Shown one piece after another: positions 1 through 9,478 of a stretch of 64,000 nucleotides of DNA. The stretch spans positions 64,001 through 128,000 of the forward strand of contig CAWGMQ010000007.1 of NCBI GenBank assembly GCA_963823665.1, in the 5' to 3' direction. Made by a program: the position numbers and the translations under genes. The notes below the pieces were generated by a model. The model made no database searches. It was not told the DNA's origin and saw nothing but the letters and a program-made list of their open reading frames with translations. How positions within the stretch are numbered: position 1 is the stretch's first letter; every line of letters starts with the position of its first letter. This stretch comes from an uncultured Planctomycetota bacterium (GTDB lineage: Bacteria; Planctomycetota; Planctomycetia; Isosphaerales; Isosphaeraceae).

Positions 1-111
1 CGTTCGACCCTGATTTCTGACGAGTCCGGATTGCGATTCAACAACGTCGCCGGCAGCGGTGTCTTCCTTCAGGGCGAGCCACGATGTACCGCAGCAGCGC
101 AAGTCTTAACG

Positions 112-420
112 ATGAGCAAGCCACGCAAGCATCACACCGCAGTTGAGAAAGTCGCCATCCTGCGACGCCATCTCATTGAGCGTATCCCCGTCTCTGATCT
201 TTGCGATCAGTACGACATCCAGCCATCGATGTTCTACAACTGGCAGAAACAGTTGTTCGAGAACGGGGCCGCAGCCTTTGGGCAGACTCGCTCGGCACCG
301 GAGAAGCACCAGGAGCGCAGAATCGCTGCTCTTCAGGATAAACTGCAGCGCAAGAACGAGGTCGTGTCCGAGCTGCTGGAAGAGCATGTCAAACTAAAAA
401 AAGTTCTTGGGGAGCTCTGA
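112..420 (+). CDS. IS3 transposase OrfA (HTH)
   Basis: MSKPRKHHTAVEKVAILR...VSDLCDQYDIQPSMFYNWQKQ HTH plus coiled coil; ends over AAAAAAAG (396-403). Confidence 0.88.
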   Translation: MSKPRKHHTAVEKVAILRRHLIERIPVSDLCDQYDIQPSMFYNWQKQLFENGAAAFGQTRSAPEKHQERRIAALQDKLQRKNEVVSELLEEHVKLKKVLGEL

Positions 421-1385
421 CCGGAGCCTGGGTTCCCCACGACACTCGTGACCAGATCGTCGACTACGTTCGCTATTGGTCGGACCGGACGGAAATCCCG
501 GCCAAGCAAATCGTCCAGTGGATCGGTTTCAGCCTGAGCAAGTTCCACGACTGGCGAAAACGTTACGGCAAAGTCAACGAGCACAACGGTTGGATTCCCC
601 GCGATTGGTGGCTCGAAGACTGGGAAAAGCAGGCGATCATCGAGTTTCACGACAAGAATCCGCTTGAGGGTTACCGCAGGCTTACGTTCATGATGCTCGA
701 TGCCGACGTTGTTGCGACCAGCCCTTCCAGCGTGTACCGAGTGCTCAGTGACGCCGGTCTAATGAACCGCCACAACACCAAGCCTTCGCTCAAAGGAACG
801 GGGTTCCAGCAACCGCTCGGTCCGCACGAGCACTGGCACATCGACATTGCCTATATCAACGTCCTCGGCACCTTTTTCTTCCTTTGCAGTTTGCTCGATG
901 GCTACAGCCGGTCGATCGTGCACTGGGAGATCCGGCCCAAGATGGAAGAAGGCGACGTCGAAACAATTATCCAGCGAGCTCTCGAGCAATATCCCGGGGT
1001 ATCTCCCCGGATCATCAGCGACAACGGACCTCAGTTCATTGCTCGAGATTTCAAGGAATTCATCCGCATCTGCGGTATGGCGCACGTGAGAACCTCACCG
1101 TACTATCCCCAGAGTAATGGCAAGATCGAGCGATGGCATCGTTCGATCAAGTCAGAATGCATTCGTCCGGGAACACCTCTTTCAGTGGAGGATGCCATCC
1201 GCTTGGTCGAGGGCTATGTGCGGCACTACAACGAGGTGCGGCTTCATAGTGCAATCGGCTACGTAACACCACTGGCCAAGATGTGCGGTCAAGACAAGCA
1301 GATCTTTGCTGACCGAGATCGCAAACTCGAGGCGGCAAGGAGTCGCCGAAAAGAAGTCCGTGCCCAGCAGCGTCAGGTCGGTTGA
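396..1385 (+). CDS. IS3 transposase OrfB (DDE integrase core), joined to OrfA by -1 frameshift
   Basis: WHIDIAY, IISDNGPQF, SPYYPQSNGKIER, YNEVRLHSAIGY rve motifs. Frame is -1 relative to OrfA and stays open back to the A7G site. Confidence 0.9.
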   Translation, partial: KKSSWGALTGAWVPHDTRDQIVDYVRYWSDRTEIPAKQIVQWIGFSLSKFHDWRKRYGKVNEHNGWIPRDWWLEDWEKQAIIEFHDKNPLEGYRRLTFMMLDADVVATSPSSVYRVLSDAGLMNRHNTKPSLKGTGFQQPLGPHEHWHIDIAYINVLGTFFFLCSLLDGYSRSIVHWEIRPKMEEGDVETIIQRALEQYPGVSPRIISDNGPQFIARDFKEFIRICGMAHVRTSPYYPQSNGKIERWHRSIKSECIRPGTPLSVEDAIRLVEGYVRHYNEVRLHSAIGYVTPLAKMCGQDKQIFADRDRKLEAARSRRKEVRAQQRQVG

Positions 1386-1909
1386 CGAAGGGCGCAGCAG
1401 TTGTCAGCCTCATCGAATGGATCTACGATGGCCGATGGCCTGGGCGGAGGATAGGGCTCCGTGGCGACACGACGTGAGCGCCGTCCCAGGGACCAAGACC
1501 GAGGGAAGGGCGGCAGGAAGCCGCCCCTCACCTCAGCTTCGGGATTGGTACTGATGCGCTAAATCGTTCCACTCAATCGTTTCTCCACCAGTAGCTAACG
1601 ACGCAATCCGGGAATTCCATTTCACGCTGAACCATTACAGGCTTTCGGGATGCCCAATTCCCTCATGCGCCGCTTGGCGTAGGATTGGCCCACATCCCGC
1701 CATTCGCGGGCAAACTGGCTCGCATGATCGGCGATATTTGCGGGTCTGCCGGTCAGCCCGCGAGCGGACGGAGGCAGGCCGATCATCCCGGGTGGGTCGT
1801 TTGGCGGTTTGTCAGGCATGGGCGAAGTCTAGTGCCCCGTCCAATCTAAATCTTGGGATTGCCAAGAGCGTCGGTTTTGGAGAACTTCCGCAGTTACAAG
1901 GAGGTTCCC

Positions 1910-2353
1910 ATGAACAAAAAGTATATTGTTCGGCTCACGGACGAGGAACGCGCAATCCGCGAAGTGACGGTCAAGAACGAGAAAGGTAAGTCGGAGAAAC
2001 TGCGGAGAGCGGTGATCTTGCTCAAGGCGGACATGGACGGTCCGGGTTGGAATGACGAGAAGATCAGCGAGGCCGTGGGCTGTCGAATTCGGACCGTGGA
2101 GAACGTGCGTCGGGAGTTCGTTCTGGAAGGCTTCGAGGCCGCCCTGGTGCGCAAGAAACGGACGACGTCTCCCACTCCCAAGTTGCTGGACGGAGCCGCC
2201 GAGGCGAAACTGATCGCCCTGCGGTTGGGGAAGCCGCCAGCCGGCTATGGCCATTGGACGCTACGATTGCTCGCCGACCAACTGGTGGAACTGGAGATCG
2301 TGGAATCCATCAGTCCCGAAACGGTCCGGCAGACACTCAAAAAAACGGCATGA
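1910..2353 (+). CDS. IS630 transposase N-terminal HTH part
   Basis: MNKKYIVRLTDEER...PPAGYGHWTLRLLA...ISPETVRQTLKK; AGGAGG RBS; A7 run at 2339-2345. Confidence 0.88.
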   Translation: MNKKYIVRLTDEERAIREVTVKNEKGKSEKLRRAVILLKADMDGPGWNDEKISEAVGCRIRTVENVRREFVLEGFEAALVRKKRTTSPTPKLLDGAAEAKLIALRLGKPPAGYGHWTLRLLADQLVELEIVESISPETVRQTLKKTA

Positions 2354-3039
2354 CCAAGCGAAAGATCGAGTATTGGGTGATCCCTCCCGATGCAGACGGC
2401 GAGTTCGTCGCGCACATGGAGGAGGTGCTGGAGACCTACGAAAAAGCCCACGATCCCGACTGCCCGGTGGTATGCATGGACGAGCAGCCCGTGCAACTGA
2501 TTGGCGAGACGCGCGTGCCGATTCCCGCGACCAAAGAGCACCCCGAGCGCGTCGACTACGAATACGAACGCAAGGGGACGGCAAGCATCTTCATGTTCGC
2601 CGAACCGCTGTCAGGCTTCCGGCAAGCGACGGCGCGACCGCACCGCACCAAAGACGATTGGGCTCACGAAGTCGCCCAATTACTCGACACTCGGTACGCG
2701 AATACGCCGCGAATCACGCTGGTCTGCGACAACCTGAACACGCATACGAAAGGGGCGTTCTACGAAGCGTTCCCTCCCGAGAAAGCCCGCGAGTACGTGC
2801 GACGGATCAACTTCGTCTACACCCCCAAGCACGGCAGTTGGCTCAACGTGGCGGAATGCGAACTGAGTTGCATGACCAGCCAATGCCTGTCCGACCGCCG
2901 TATCGGCGACATCGTGACGCTGCAATCGGAAATAGCCGCCTGGGCCGCTCGAACAAACATCAAGCAACGGGCCGTCGACTGGCAATTTACTATCGAGAAG
3001 GCACGCATCAAACTGAAGCGGCTTTACCCGAAAATTTAG
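2350..3039 (+). CDS. IS630 transposase DDE part (-1 frame)
   Basis: VVCMDEQP, LVCDNLNTH, YTPKHGSWLNVAECE DDE motifs. Stop lies inside the right IR. Confidence 0.9.
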   Translation: MTKRKIEYWVIPPDADGEFVAHMEEVLETYEKAHDPDCPVVCMDEQPVQLIGETRVPIPATKEHPERVDYEYERKGTASIFMFAEPLSGFRQATARPHRTKDDWAHEVAQLLDTRYANTPRITLVCDNLNTHTKGAFYEAFPPEKAREYVRRINFVYTPKHGSWLNVAECELSCMTSQCLSDRRIGDIVTLQSEIAAWAARTNIKQRAVDWQFTIEKARIKLKRLYPKI

Positions 3040-3057
3040 ATTGGACGAGGCACTAGT

Positions 3058-3552
3058 CTCAAGTCCGACATCAACCCTCTCGAACTCCTCATGGCCTATG
3101 AACCATCCGGGGTCGTCTGCTACTTCAGCGCCTTAGCCTTTCACTCTCTGACCTCCCAGATGCCGAGCCACCATCATGTCGCTCTCCTTACAGTGCCCTC
3201 ACGGATGGGAGGCGCCAAGGAGGTAAGGCAGGACGAAAAGGAAGAAGTGCTGCGTCAAGAGACGGTTGCCAAAAAGCCGGATACTGATAAGACGACAAGG
3301 AGCAAGGCCAACCCACTCGGAAAAGTCATATTCTCACTCTTGGATATTCCTTATTATTTGACGCGCCGCACGAAACGCCTCGTGCCCGGCGTGCAGAACA
3401 GAAGCAACGGGCCGAGAAGCCAGTTCCGCATCACAACTTACGAACAGACCCTTCTCGATACACTCTACAGACCGCAAAAAAGCGGTGGCCCGGCTGTTGT
3501 TCTTAAGGCTTGGCTCGAATCTGATCAAGAAATTCGTGGACAAACACCCTGA
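3058..3552 (+). pseudogene. Type IV TA AbiEi-like antitoxin, truncated
   Basis: YFSALAFHSLTSQMP and ITTYEQTLLDTLYRPQKSGG match AbiEi motifs. The N-terminus is lost at the IS630 boundary and the C-terminus runs into the toxin fragment. Confidence 0.7.
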
Positions 3553-4079
3553 TCGCGAGGAACAAAGGCGCTATCTCGAAGACCACCTGAAGCGCGCCAT
3601 ACACCATCATTTCGATACGCATGATCCCGTCAGGTTTGAACTCAAGGACTTGGCGGTGAAGATTTACCCTCCAAAGTCGCACCCAATGGGATGGGACGCA
3701 TTCAAAGTCAGGCTCAAGGTGGATGATCTAACCAAGGCCGGCGTAAAATCATTGCCACGCATCGACATCGACGTCGCGGCCCCGGAGGAGTTGCTGGAAT
3801 CGTCGATCTCGCCAGTGGTCATTGGCGAGCACCAAGCTTTTGCGTATACGCTGGAGAGAATCGCAGGCGAAAAGATGCGGGCATTCCTCAGTTCACTCCC
3901 CGCATACAGAGCCAAATCAAAGAAGCCAGGCGAATCAGAAAGACCGAACGATCCCTGGCGACATCAACATTGCTGAAGCACGCTCGACTCTGGAGACAAT
4001 CGTAGAGTACATGAAAGCGAACGGCACCATACCCTTCGAGCACCAACTGCCATCTCTGCCAGGGTCCGCGACACGCTGA
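3510..4079 (+). pseudogene. AbiEii-like nucleotidyltransferase toxin fragments
   Basis: IDIDVAAPE...AYTLERIAGEKMRAF is the AbiEii C-terminal motif. The N-terminal GG/DxD motifs and RxKDxYD are missing, and the frame changes near 3940. Confidence 0.65.
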
Positions 4080-4350
4080 TCCCCGACCTCACGGCGGAGG
4101 CGTCCTCGGCTCAGCCCCGCCACTCCCCGCTCGTGGACGGAAAAAGCCTCGTTGAGGTCGCTAACCTGCCGGACACCGTCTTCATCGCAGCGCGGCCGTT
4201 TCGTTCATCGGCTCTTATACGCGCGATGCGACCCGCGCGTTCCAAGCCATCGCTCATTCTCACCCAAGTCCAGCCGGAGACTTATCGGTGATCGATGTCT
4301 AACGCTGTGCGACTGTGCGAGCGGCGGCGGCCTTCGTCGGCGCGTCAGCT

Positions 4351-4722
4351 TCATATTATGTCGTATTGAAGCCTGACCATCTCACGAGCTGAACCCAACA
4401 ACCGCGCCGTTTCATTTGCGAAATTGCGATGGGAGATGACGTTGTCCCTTACCGTTCCCGCGACCTGGATCTCAATCATCAAATAGGAAATGCCTTCAAT
4501 CTCTGGTTCCTGAACGAGTCTGACAGACGGACCGCAAACAATCGAGAAATGCTTCTGCGCCGAATCAATAGCCGCGCCCAATTCAGAGACGATCCCCTTG
4601 GAACGACAGAACTCGAGCGCCTCCGGCGAACTATGCGCGGCACCCACGACAGACTCGTCAGCGAGTTGGCTGACCGTCAACGGACGACCAACAAATCCAG
4701 CCAAGGTCAATGACCCCAACAA
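4351..4722 (-). CDS. Hypothetical protein
   Basis: 123-aa ORF with natural-looking composition directly downstream of the tRNA; start uncertain. Confidence 0.5.
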   Translation of the reverse strand: MLGSLTLAGFVGRPLTVSQLADESVVGAAHSSPEALEFCRSKGIVSELGAAIDSAQKHFSIVCGPSVRLVQEPEIEGISYLMIEIQVAGTVRDNVISHRNFANETARLLGSAREMVRLQYDII

Positions 4723-4796
4723 TGGGCGATAGAGGACTCGAACCTCTGACCTCCTGCGTGTCGAGCAGGCGTTCTAGCCAACTGAACTAATCGCCC
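4723..4796 (-). tRNA. tRNA-Val(GAC)
   Basis: Revcomp GGGCGATTAGTTCAGTTGGCTAGAACGCCTGCTCGACACGCAGGAGGTCAGAGGTTCGAGTCCTCTATCGCCCA forms a cloverleaf with anticodon GAC and GTTCGA T-loop. CCA end not encoded. Confidence 0.97.
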
Positions 4797-4888
4797 GGAT
4801 ACTTGATGACCTAGTCTACCCTGAAAACAAAGACCCCCTCAAGCCATAACAAGTTCGAGCTGCCCAGCAAACAATCCACTTCCCCAGG

Positions 4889-5449
4889 TCAAACCTCCAT
4901 GATCTCCGCCGACTTCTTATCAGCCATTTCATTCACCTTGTTCTCAAACTTCTTGGTCAAAGCCTGAACCTCGTCCTTGCAAGTTTTGACGTCGTCTTCC
5001 GTCAGAGTTTTCTCGGTTTGCTCGACGTCAGCCTGTTTGTTCGCATCGCGGCGGATGTTTCGGATCGCCACTCGCGCCTCCTCGGCCAGGTCCTTCACAC
5101 GCCCCGCCAGTTTCTTGCGCTGTTCGACCGAGAGCGGCGGCACGTTCAGACGCACCACCTTGCCGTCGGAGTTGGGAGATAATCCCAGGTCGCTCGTCTG
5201 GATCGCCTTCACGATGTCGCCGATGACCGAGGGATCAAAAGGACGGATCAAGATCTGCTGGGGCTCAGGCGTGCTCAAGTTGGCCATCTGCTTGAGCGGG
5301 GTCGAAGAGCCGTAGTAATCGACACGAACCGACTCGACCAGCCCGACATTCGCTCGCCCGGTGCGAACGCCGCGGAACTGATCGGCCAGAAGCGTCACGC
5401 TCTTCTCCATCCGCTCTTCCGCTTCGAATGTGATTTCCTCGATGCTCAT
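4889..5449 (-). CDS. frr: Ribosome recycling factor
   Basis: VRTGRAN, VDYYGSSTPLKQMA, EEARVAIRNIRRD; position after pyrH. Confidence 0.97.
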   Translation of the reverse strand: MSIEEITFEAEERMEKSVTLLADQFRGVRTGRANVGLVESVRVDYYGSSTPLKQMANLSTPEPQQILIRPFDPSVIGDIVKAIQTSDLGLSPNSDGKVVRLNVPPLSVEQRKKLAGRVKDLAEEARVAIRNIRRDANKQADVEQTEKTLTEDDVKTCKDEVQALTKKFENKVNEMADKKSAEIMEV

Positions 5450-5699
5450 CGTTCGTGCCTTCTCATGCATGGGCCCCCAAGTCGGACCCGGCCCGGTCGG
5501 GCTCGCTCGAGGTCGAAGATCCATTCCCCCCGCGCCATCATAACATGGACCTGCCTAACGGCGATGGGTTTTCCCTGGCCTGTTGAAACCTTGCAGACTA
5601 AGGAGCGGCGATTTCCCGCCGCGAATGTCGCACCAAGTTTCAACCTGGAGAACGGGAGGCATTCGGTCGGCCGTTTATGGAGATTCGATCGACCGCACC

Positions 5700-5777
5700 A
5701 CTCCGACTCCTGCTCGTACTCCTACTCTTAATCTTAATCTCAATCTTACTCTTACTCGTACTCTTACTCGTACTCTC
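5700..5777. repeat. Degenerate 6-bp tandem repeat, 13 units (ACTCYT/ACTCGT/AATCTT)
   Basis: actccg actcct gctcgt actcct actctt aatctt aatctc aatctt actctt actcgt actctt actcgt actctc. Confidence 0.9.
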
Positions 5778-5796
5778 GTTCTACGTCGCTTTCCAA

Positions 5797-6575
5797 TCAG
5801 GCCGGGCCTGCCTGCGGAACTGGTCTGGGCCGGTTGCTGTTGCTGACCCACGTGCCAATCGCCTCGCCGGCGATCGCTCGCTCGATGTTCCCTTCTTTCT
5901 TGAAATTGAACACCAGGATCGGTAGCTCGTTTTCCATGCACATGCCAATCGCCGTCATGTCCATCACTTTCAACTCGTCGCGCATCACCTGGTCGAACGT
6001 CAGTTGCTCATACAGCATCGCGTGTGGGTTCTTTTCGGGGTCGGCGGAATAAACACCGTCGACGCGTGTGGCCTTGAGCAACACGTCGACCCCGAGCTCC
6101 TTGCCGCGCAATGCGGCGGCGGTATCGGTGGTGACAAACGGGCTGCCCGTCCCGGTGGCGAGAATCACCACGCGGCCCTGCTCGAGGTGAGAAAGCGCGC
6201 GCCGGCGGATGAACGGCTCCGCAACTTCCTCCATGCGGATAGTGGTCAAGAGCCGGGTGGCGCACCCTTCATGTTCCAGGGCGTCCTGGAGCGCAAGACC
6301 GTTGATCACCGTTGCGGTCATCCCCATGTAATGGGCGGTTGCCTCCTTGATCACGTCAGAGCCGCGTGAAAGCTGCGCCCGCGCAGGATGTTTCCGCCCC
6401 CCACCACGATGGCGAGCTGGACCTTGCTCGCCGCCACGCGGGCAGCCTGGCGCGCAATCTTGCTGATCTCGTCCAGGCTCAGGCCTCCCTGGCCGGGCCG
6501 GCAGAAACTCTCGCCCGAGAGCTTGAGCATCACGCGGCGAAAAACAGGCTGATCGGCCGATGGGCTGGTTTCCAT
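5797..6575 (-). CDS. pyrH: UMP kinase (one-base frameshift near 6379, probably an assembly error)
   Basis: RVMLKLSGE and [10 protein letters not shown] in one frame; [40 protein letters not shown] in the next. One extra G restores a single ORF. Confidence 0.93.
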
Positions 6576-6614
6576 GAAGCACTTGTCCTGCAAGAAGAGC
6601 GCACGAAGGCCGGC

Positions 6615-7211
6615 TTATCGCCCCTCGCCGAGCACGAACCGGGCGAACCGGGCGACCGAGATATTCTCGCCCGTGCGGGCATTCACGGCCATGATCACGT
6701 CGCGGACGGACTTCGTATCGTCCTTGACAAACTTCTGGTCGAGCAGGACCGTCTCGCCGAACCACGCGTTCAGCTTGCCCTCGGCGATCTTTTCCTGCAT
6801 CTGGAGCGGCTTCTCGCTCACCTGCGATATGTAAATTCGTTTTTGTTCGTCGACGATGTCCGCCGGCACATCTTCACGGCGAACATACTGCGGGTTCGTC
6901 GCCATGATATGGATCGCCAGATCCTTGGCAAGCTGCTTGAACTCATCGTTGCGCGCCACGAAATCGGTTTCGCAGTTCAGCTCGACCAAGGTGCCCGATT
7001 TGGCATCGTGGTGGATGTAAACCTCCACGCGCCCGGCCTTGGCGGCCCTGCCGGCGCGCAGTTCGGCCTGCTTGAGGCCCCGCTCCTTGGCGAGCGTTTC
7101 CGCCTTGGCGACGTCTCCATCAGCCTCTTTGAGCAGTGCCTTGCACTCCATCAGTCCCAGACCGGTCTTCTTGCGAAACTCATTCACGGCGCCAGCGGTG
7201 ATTTCGGCCAT
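6615..7211 (-). CDS. tsf: Elongation factor Ts (short form, 198 aa)
   Basis: [37 protein letters not shown]. Confidence 0.97.
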   Translation of the reverse strand: MAEITAGAVNEFRKKTGLGLMECKALLKEADGDVAKAETLAKERGLKQAELRAGRAAKAGRVEVYIHHDAKSGTLVELNCETDFVARNDEFKQLAKDLAIHIMATNPQYVRREDVPADIVDEQKRIYISQVSEKPLQMQEKIAEGKLNAWFGETVLLDQKFVKDDTKSVRDVIMAVNARTGENISVARFARFVLGEGR

Positions 7212-7428
7212 CGGCGTCACTCCTCGTTCTCGTACGGACGGTCGGCTGGCTGCGTTGTCAGGCTGCGCCACCCGTCCATGAAAAGCCCTTACCCTGTGTA
7301 AGATGCCGGAATTCTCGATAGGTTCACCGAGCCCGGCCCGGACAAGCCAGGTAGGCCCGGATCAATTAACTCGACTCGGTAACTCGCGACAACCTCGGCA
7401 CGCTTGTCCGCGCCGGGCATCGCTCGGA

Positions 7429-8382
7429 TCATGCTTCCCCTGGCTCGCTCGATACGGCCGCCGGCTCCTCGGGGATGGCTCGTGGGGCGTCAAATACTTC
7501 AGATGGAGGCAGTGCCTCGGTCTCCTCGCCCACGACCGCTTTCGTTTCTGGATCGCGCTGCTTGACGGCCCCGCGGATGCCTTCGCCGCGGCCCGATCCC
7601 CGCCGCCGCTGCTGGCCGCCGCCACCGCCGCCGCCACCACCACCGCCACCACCCGGGCCGCGTTGTTGCGGCGGCTCGGCACTGGGCGCTGGCTCCGAAG
7701 GCGCTGCGGCCCGGCCGTCCCGGATGGCGTCGGTCAGCAAACTGACCACCAGCTCGATCGAACGCATGCTGTCGTCGTTGCCCGGAATGGGCAGGTCGAT
7801 CATGTCGGGGTCGCAGTCCGTGTCGAGCAGCGCGACAACCTTGATGCCCAGCTTCCGCGCCTCGGCAACCGCGATATGCTCGCGGCGCGGGTCGATCACG
7901 AGCAGGGCTTCCGGAAGCCGGTTCATGTGTCGGATTCCGCTCAGGTTTCGCTCGATCTTCCGCCGCTCCCGGTTCAGCGTGGAAATCATTTTCTTGGAAT
8001 ACGAGAGGGCCTGCTCGCCGTCGAGGGTGTTTTCCAGCTCCTCGAGCCGTTCGAGCCGGCTGCGGATTGTCCGAAAATTGGTGAGCGTCCCGCCCAGCCA
8101 GCGCTCCGTCACGTAAGGCATTCCCGACCGGTTGCATTGCTCGATCAACGTATCGGCAGCCTGGCGCTTGGTCCCGACAAACAGAATCAGCCCGTTGGAG
8201 GAGGCAACCCGATTGAAAAACTTGTTGGCGCGTAAGAGACCACGCACGGTCTCTTTCAAATCAATGATATGAATCAAGTTGCGTTTGCCGTAAATGTACG
8301 GCTTCATCTTGGGGTTCCAGCGGCTGACGCGATGGCCGTAATGAACCCCCGCTTCGATCAGGTCCTTGACGACGAGCGGCAC
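7429..8382 (-). CDS. rpsB: 30S ribosomal protein S2 with Gly-rich C-terminal extension
   Basis: [39 protein letters not shown] start with GGAGG RBS. Confidence 0.97.
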   Translation of the reverse strand: MPLVVKDLIEAGVHYGHRVSRWNPKMKPYIYGKRNLIHIIDLKETVRGLLRANKFFNRVASSNGLILFVGTKRQAADTLIEQCNRSGMPYVTERWLGGTLTNFRTIRSRLERLEELENTLDGEQALSYSKKMISTLNRERRKIERNLSGIRHMNRLPEALLVIDPRREHIAVAEARKLGIKVVALLDTDCDPDMIDLPIPGNDDSMRSIELVVSLLTDAIRDGRAAAPSEPAPSAEPPQQRGPGGGGGGGGGGGGGQQRRRGSGRGEGIRGAVKQRDPETKAVVGEETEALPPSEVFDAPRAIPEEPAAVSSEPGEA

Positions 8383-8566
8383 GAAACACCCTCCGCTACG
8401 AGCAATAACAAATCCGGCCGAGATCCCCGGGCGTTGCGCGCGAGGCGACCTTGCATGAGGAAGACTTAAAGGACGAACGCACGAGAAGGCTACTTTATCG
8501 GCTTGTGATTCTGGCGTCAAATGGCGGTTGTGACATCCGACTTCGAATGAACCCCTTGAGAATGGA

Positions 8567-8594
8567 TTGACCGTATTGCAAATCGCTATACAAT
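8567..8594 (+). promoter_or_regulatory. Putative sigma70 promoter of the TA operon with overlapping inverted-repeat operator
   Basis: TTGACC-N16-TACAAT; IR GTATTGC-AAATC-GCTATAC at 8573-8591; AGGAGG RBS follows. Confidence 0.55.
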
Positions 8595-8618
8595 TTACTC
8601 GAGAGAAAGGAGGCACTC

Positions 8619-8926
8619 ATGGCCAAGTCGCAGGCATCCCGATCGCGTAAGTCAACTCGCCGACCGACGAGCCCGCTCATGGTGCGCCTGGACGCGGAGA
8701 GCAAGGCGTGCCTCGCCGCCGCCGCCGAGCTTCGGCGGATCAGCGTGAGTGATTACATTCGAATTGTCACTCTGGCGCAGGCGCGCGGGAAGTTGACTCG
8801 GCCCGCGAACAAACGATCCGACTCTCTCCGGACGAGCAGGTCGCTTTCTGGAACGCCCTGCGGCAACCGTCGAAACTGACTGCCGCGCAGCGCCAGCTCT
8901 CAGCGGTCATGCGGGGCGATGCTTGA
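8619..8926 (+). CDS. DUF1778 (TacA/AtaR-like) RHH antitoxin, frameshift near 8787
   Basis: LMVRLDAESKACLAAAAELRRISVSDYIR, then in the shifted frame REVDSAREQTIRLSPDEQVAFWNAL...; TGA overlaps the toxin TTG start. Confidence 0.85.
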
Positions 8927-9447
8927 ACAGCGTACGATTGCCGGCTGGATACCGTCTCGAACCGTTGCGGCGCGAGCATCCACGACGTTCATTCACAAGT
9001 GGTGAACAGCAGGTCGATGATTGGCTGGCAACGAAAGCTCTTCAGCATCAGAGCAAGCACCTTTCAGTGACCAAGGTGTTGCTTGATGAGATGGGAGCCA
9101 TTGCCGGCTACTTCACGCTGGCGACCGGCCAGGTGGATTTCGGTGATTTGCCCACCGAGCTGGCAAAGAGCTTGCCGCGCAGGCTCTTACCGGTCGCCGT
9201 TCTCGCGTGGCTCGGCATTGCAGCCGGGTATCAAGGGCAAGGGCTCGGACGCCTCTTACTCGCACAGGCCTTGAACGACTGCCATGAAGCCGGGAAAACC
9301 TTTGCATTCATCGCCATTGTCCTCAATTGCCTCAATGCTTCGGCCAAGGCCTTTTATCAGAAGTGGAATTTCCAAGAGCTTCCTGGCCATCCATACCGGT
9401 TGTTTCTAAGTGCCGAAAACCTGGACGCACTAGTCATGGATGCGTAG
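8923..9447 (+). CDS. GNAT acetyltransferase toxin (TacT/AtaT-like)
   Basis: FTSGEQQVDDWL, IAGYFTL, YQGQGLG acetyl-CoA motif, AKAFYQK; coupled to DUF1778. Confidence 0.88.
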   Translation: MNSVRLPAGYRLEPLRREHPRRSFTSGEQQVDDWLATKALQHQSKHLSVTKVLLDEMGAIAGYFTLATGQVDFGDLPTELAKSLPRRLLPVAVLAWLGIAAGYQGQGLGRLLLAQALNDCHEAGKTFAFIAIVLNCLNASAKAFYQKWNFQELPGHPYRLFLSAENLDALVMDA

Positions 9448-9478
9448 AGTTCCGGTCCAAATCGCAGGCGCTGCGCGT

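Larger units (their letters stand above)
85..1639 (+). mobile_element. IS3-family insertion sequence
   Basis: Imperfect terminal IRs: TGTACCGCAGCAGCG at 85, and CGCTGAACCATTACA ending at 1639 (revcomp TGTAATGGTTCAGCG). OrfA/OrfB arrangement with an A7G slippery site. No target-site duplication seen. Confidence 0.8.
1830..3055 (+). mobile_element. IS630-family insertion sequence
   Basis: Near-perfect terminal IRs: ctAGTGCCCCGTCCAATCTAAAT at 1829 and ATTTAGATTGGACGAGGCACTag ending at 3056. Duplicated TA within CTAG at both ends. Confidence 0.93.

Noticed and set aside
1622..1819. Short ORF between the two IS elements as an intact gene
   Set aside because: It runs into the IS3 end and does not rejoin convincingly with the left flank; at most a fragment.
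5582..5644. GTTGAAAC/GTTTCAAC resembling CRISPR repeat ends
   Set aside because: Only one inverted pair; no direct-repeat/spacer array and no cas genes in the window.
5583..5941. ORFs with LLLVLLL, RVRVRV or TLNLNL tracts
   Set aside because: They are translations of the hexamer repeat and partly overlap pyrH.
6370..6390. Programmed frameshifting in pyrH
   Set aside because: No slippery heptamer, and it matches the window-wide G/C-run indel pattern.
7475..8116. Poly-proline ORF
   Set aside because: Antisense shadow of the rpsB glycine tract.
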